A DNA stretch of 16,633 bases, taken from the IMG/VR virus record IMGVR_UViG_2740892219_000014. One strand, given 5' to 3'. Source of the stretch: a virus. Lineage: Duplodnaviria > Heunggongvirae > Uroviricota > Caudoviricetes. A program made the translations under genes and the position numbers. The notes under the pieces were generated by a model. That model saw nothing but the letters and a program-made list of their open reading frames with translations. It had not been told where the DNA came from and did no database searches. Positions 15,854 through 16,633 of this stretch are shown piece after piece. Positions within the stretch are counted from its first letter, which is position 1, and each line of letters opens with the position of its first letter.

Positions 15854-16633
15854 CATTACCGTCTGGTACAGTAAACTATCCAGTTCCTTAACGTCCCCTT
15901 CCCTGCTGTCCGGTAACACTGGTGGAATTTTCCCGTGCACCAGTTCCGTACTAATAAACACATGCAACAAAGGACGACGCGGACCATATTCCACTTCACC
16001 CGCACGCTGTTTACATTCCAGCAACTCGTCTATTTCTGCGCGTAACGGCGCATCAAGTTCGCTTCCCGCCAGTAATTCGGCAAACCGCATTGGCAGTACA
16101 CCTTTACCCGCTTCAACCCAACGCACAGCCAGCAGTGGCCGCAGCACGTAAAAGTATTTTTTCAGCCAAACTACGTTGCCCTGCAAATAACCGCGAAAAT
16201 TTTTCCGCGCCATCGGATAATAATGCCAACGCGCGCGCAGCGGAGAAAACCACTTCGGCACCATTGCCTTAAGCGCCGTTATCGTTTCTTCATCTTGTTG
16301 ATAGACCACCGGAGAATCCAGCCATTCAATCAGCGTCGGATTCGCGCCTTTCAGTAATCCCAGCGCCTTGCGCCACTCCCAGCCTGAAACATCTAACTCG
16401 TCGTCAATAGGCAACTCAATAACATCGCGCGGCGCCTCCACCCGCAGATACCATTCCGGCGGATGAACATACAAGAACCGCACATCGTAGTCGCTGTCGG
16501 GTGAGGCAAATCCCCAACCGCGACTCCCCGATTCACTCGCATACAACACTTTCACATCATACCGCCGTTCAATTTCTTTTAACTGCTGCGATACCCGTTC
16601 GTGCATCGCAACACTGACTCCATTTAATGGCAT
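15842..16633 (-). CDS. Nucleotidyltransferase-fold protein (Pol beta superfamily)
   Basis: 263-aa ORF whose ATG is the last codon of the window (16631-16633), so the true N-terminus could lie beyond the edge. The motif LYASESGSRGWGFASPDSDYDVRFLY matches the minimal nucleotidyltransferase signature hG[GS]-x(9-13)-DhD; it is convergent with the tail operon. Confidence 0.6.
   Translation of the reverse strand: MPLNGVSVAMHERVSQQLKEIERRYDVKVLYASESGSRGWGFASPDSDYDVRFLYVHPPEWYLRVEAPRDVIELPIDDELDVSGWEWRKALGLLKGANPTLIEWLDSPVVYQQDEETITALKAMVPKWFSPLRARWHYYPMARKNFRGYLQGNVVWLKKYFYVLRPLLAVRWVEAGKGVLPMRFAELLAGSELDAPLRAEIDELLECKQRAGEVEYGPRRPLLHVFISTELVHGKIPPVLPDSREGDVKELDSLLYQTVMRRA

Noticed and set aside
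1-16633. Integrase, transposase, attachment site, tRNA or rRNA genes
   Set aside because: No ORF with recombinase or transposase motifs and no tRNA-like or rRNA-like sequence was recognised by eye; element boundaries are probably outside the window, so no att or end sequences are claimed.

Overview
This window looks like a Mu/P2-type contractile-tail gene cluster with its own lysis cassette but no capsid or DNA-packaging genes, which makes it a candidate SOS-inducible tailocin (phage-tail-like bacteriocin) or a capsid-deleted Mu-like prophage. Layout: a Mor/C-family activator on the minus strand (1-348); an AT-rich divergent control region with a near-consensus LexA box (568-587); a plus-strand lysis cassette (holin-like protein, signal-anchored lytic transglycosylase, membrane coiled-coil protein) closed by a strong terminator; then a tightly coupled plus-strand tail operon (gp37-like, gp38-like, sheath, tube, chaperone with a probable -2/+1 frameshift extension, tape measure, gpU-like, gpX-like, hub gpD, spike gpV, gpW, gpJ, gpI, tail fiber with 168-nt tandem repeats and a His-x-His tip, tail fiber assembly protein). 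The operon ends with a translationally coupled 151-aa cargo gene (possible permuted papain-like hydrolase) and a convergent nucleotidyltransferase-fold gene on the minus strand. No tRNA, rRNA, CRISPR array, integrase, transposase or invertase was recognised. All family assignments come from reading the translated ORFs against remembered family motifs and gene order; no database search was run, so product names are hypotheses.
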